IMG/VR virus record: IMGVR_UViG_2740892440_000005
Span: 1-40,270 of that record
Direction: 5' to 3' (one strand)
From: a virus
Taxonomy: Duplodnaviria; Heunggongvirae; Uroviricota; Caudoviricetes
DNA: 40,270 nt
Shown: positions 39,266-40,270 of the stretch, in pieces
Layout: every line of letters begins with the position of its first letter
How positions within the stretch are numbered: the stretch's first letter is position 1
The notes under the pieces: generated by a model
What the model saw: only the letters and a program-made list of their open reading frames with translations
What the model was told of the DNA's origin: nothing
Databases searched by the model: none
Translations under genes and position numbers: made by a program

Positions 39266-40270
39266 TTGCTGTTGAAACGCCGACTTATTATTGCTGCTTC
39301 TTTGTTCGTTTTTAACTTATCGTCTGGTTTTGCGGCGGAAAACATTCCTTTTTCACCTCAGCCTCCAGAGATTCATGCCGGGTCCTGGGTACTGATGGAT
39401 TACACCACCGGACAGATCCTCACCGCGGGTAATGAGCATCAACAGCGCAATCCCGCCAGCCTGACAAAGCTGATGACGGGTTATGTCGTGGATCGCGCTA
39501 TCGATAGTCATCGCATTACGCCAGACGATATTGTCACCGTGGGGCGCGATGCGTGGGCGAAAGATAATCCGGTGTTTGTCGGTTCTTCACTGATGTTTTT
39601 GAAAGAGGGCGATCGCGTATCGGTACGTGATTTAAGCCGTGGTTTAATTGTGGATTCCGGAAATGACGCTTGTGTTGCACTGGCTGACTATATTGCCGGT
39701 GGGCAACGGCAGTTTGTTGAAATGATGAACAACTATGCCGAGAAGCTGCATCTCAAGGATACGCATTTTGAAACAGTGCATGGTCTGGATGCACCTGGCC
39801 AGCATAGCTCGGCTTATGATTTAGCTGTGCTTTCTCGCGCTATCATCCACGGCGAGCCCGAGTTTTATCATATGTACAGTGAGAAAAGCCTCACCTGGAA
39901 CGGTATCACCCAGCAAAACCGTAACGGGTTATTGTGGGATAAAACCATGAATGTTGACGGCCTGAAAACGGGTCATACTTCTGGTGCCGGGTTTAATCTC
40001 ATTGCTTCGGCTGTAGATGGGCAGCGTCGTCTCATTGCAGTGGTAATGGGTGCTGACAGCGCAAAAGGTCGTGAGGAAGAGGCAAGAAAATTACTGCGTT
40101 GGGGGCAACAAAACTTTACTACGGTGCAAATTTTGCACCGTGGGAAAAAGGTCGGTACGGAACGCATCTGGTATGGCGATAAAGAAAATATCGCCCTGGG
40201 AACGGAACAAGAGTTCTGGATGGTGCTACCGAAAGCCGAAATTCCACATATCAAAGCCAAATATACTTGA
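39266..40270 (+). CDS. dacD: D-alanyl-D-alanine carboxypeptidase DacD (PBP6b), 3' partial at window end
   Basis: MLLKRRLIIAASLFVFNLSSGFAAENIPF... matches my recollection of E. coli DacD; TTG start; ORF runs to the window edge. Confidence 0.9.
   Translation: MLLKRRLIIAASLFVFNLSSGFAAENIPFSPQPPEIHAGSWVLMDYTTGQILTAGNEHQQRNPASLTKLMTGYVVDRAIDSHRITPDDIVTVGRDAWAKDNPVFVGSSLMFLKEGDRVSVRDLSRGLIVDSGNDACVALADYIAGGQRQFVEMMNNYAEKLHLKDTHFETVHGLDAPGQHSSAYDLAVLSRAIIHGEPEFYHMYSEKSLTWNGITQQNRNGLLWDKTMNVDGLKTGHTSGAGFNLIASAVDGQRRLIAVVMGADSAKGREEEARKLLRWGQQNFTTVQILHRGKKVGTERIWYGDKENIALGTEQEFWMVLPKAEIPHIKAKYT

Noticed and set aside
1-40270. CRISPR arrays, rRNA or tRNA genes, insertion sequences
   Set aside because: I saw no regularly spaced short direct repeats, no rRNA-like stretches, and no transposase-like ORF with terminal inverted repeats. 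The only tandem repeats are the 47-bp duplication, the ori iterons and the in-frame needle and E/A/R/K repeats.

Overview
This window is about 38.6 kb of a mosaic lambdoid / P22-like prophage followed by about 1.7 kb of host DNA ending in a partial dacD gene. The integrase must lie left of position 1, since the window opens on the stop codon of an excisionase-like gene. Reading left to right: early-left accessory genes on the minus strand (DUF551, Ea22-like, several unknowns); a recombination module (Rad52-like annealing protein, SSB, DnaQ-like exonuclease); N antiterminator; nutL/pL/OL; a small membrane protein in the rexB position; cI; OR/pR; cro, nutR, cII; an O-like initiator with ori iterons; DnaB-type helicase; a nin region (ninB, ninE, ninX-like, ninF, a Rha-KilAC antirepressor, DUF1364, rusA, ninH); Q with pR'/tR'; an HNH-AP2 endonuclease inserted in the late leader; a lambda-type S-R-Rz/Rz1 lysis cassette; three small accessory ORFs; then a P22-type morphogenesis block (terminase small and large subunits, portal, scaffold, coat, gp4, gp10, gp26 needle, gp14, gp7, gp20, gp16), a split lipoprotein locus, mnt, and a mosaic tailspike. 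All calls rest on reading ORF translations, remembered family hallmarks and motif inspection; no database search or folding was run. I did not find a clear multi-gene novel system. The most notable items are a frameshifted endolysin, a 47-bp frameshifting tandem duplication, an SSB with a C-terminal extension, a mosaic tailspike, and a few lysogeny-associated accessory loci of unknown function.
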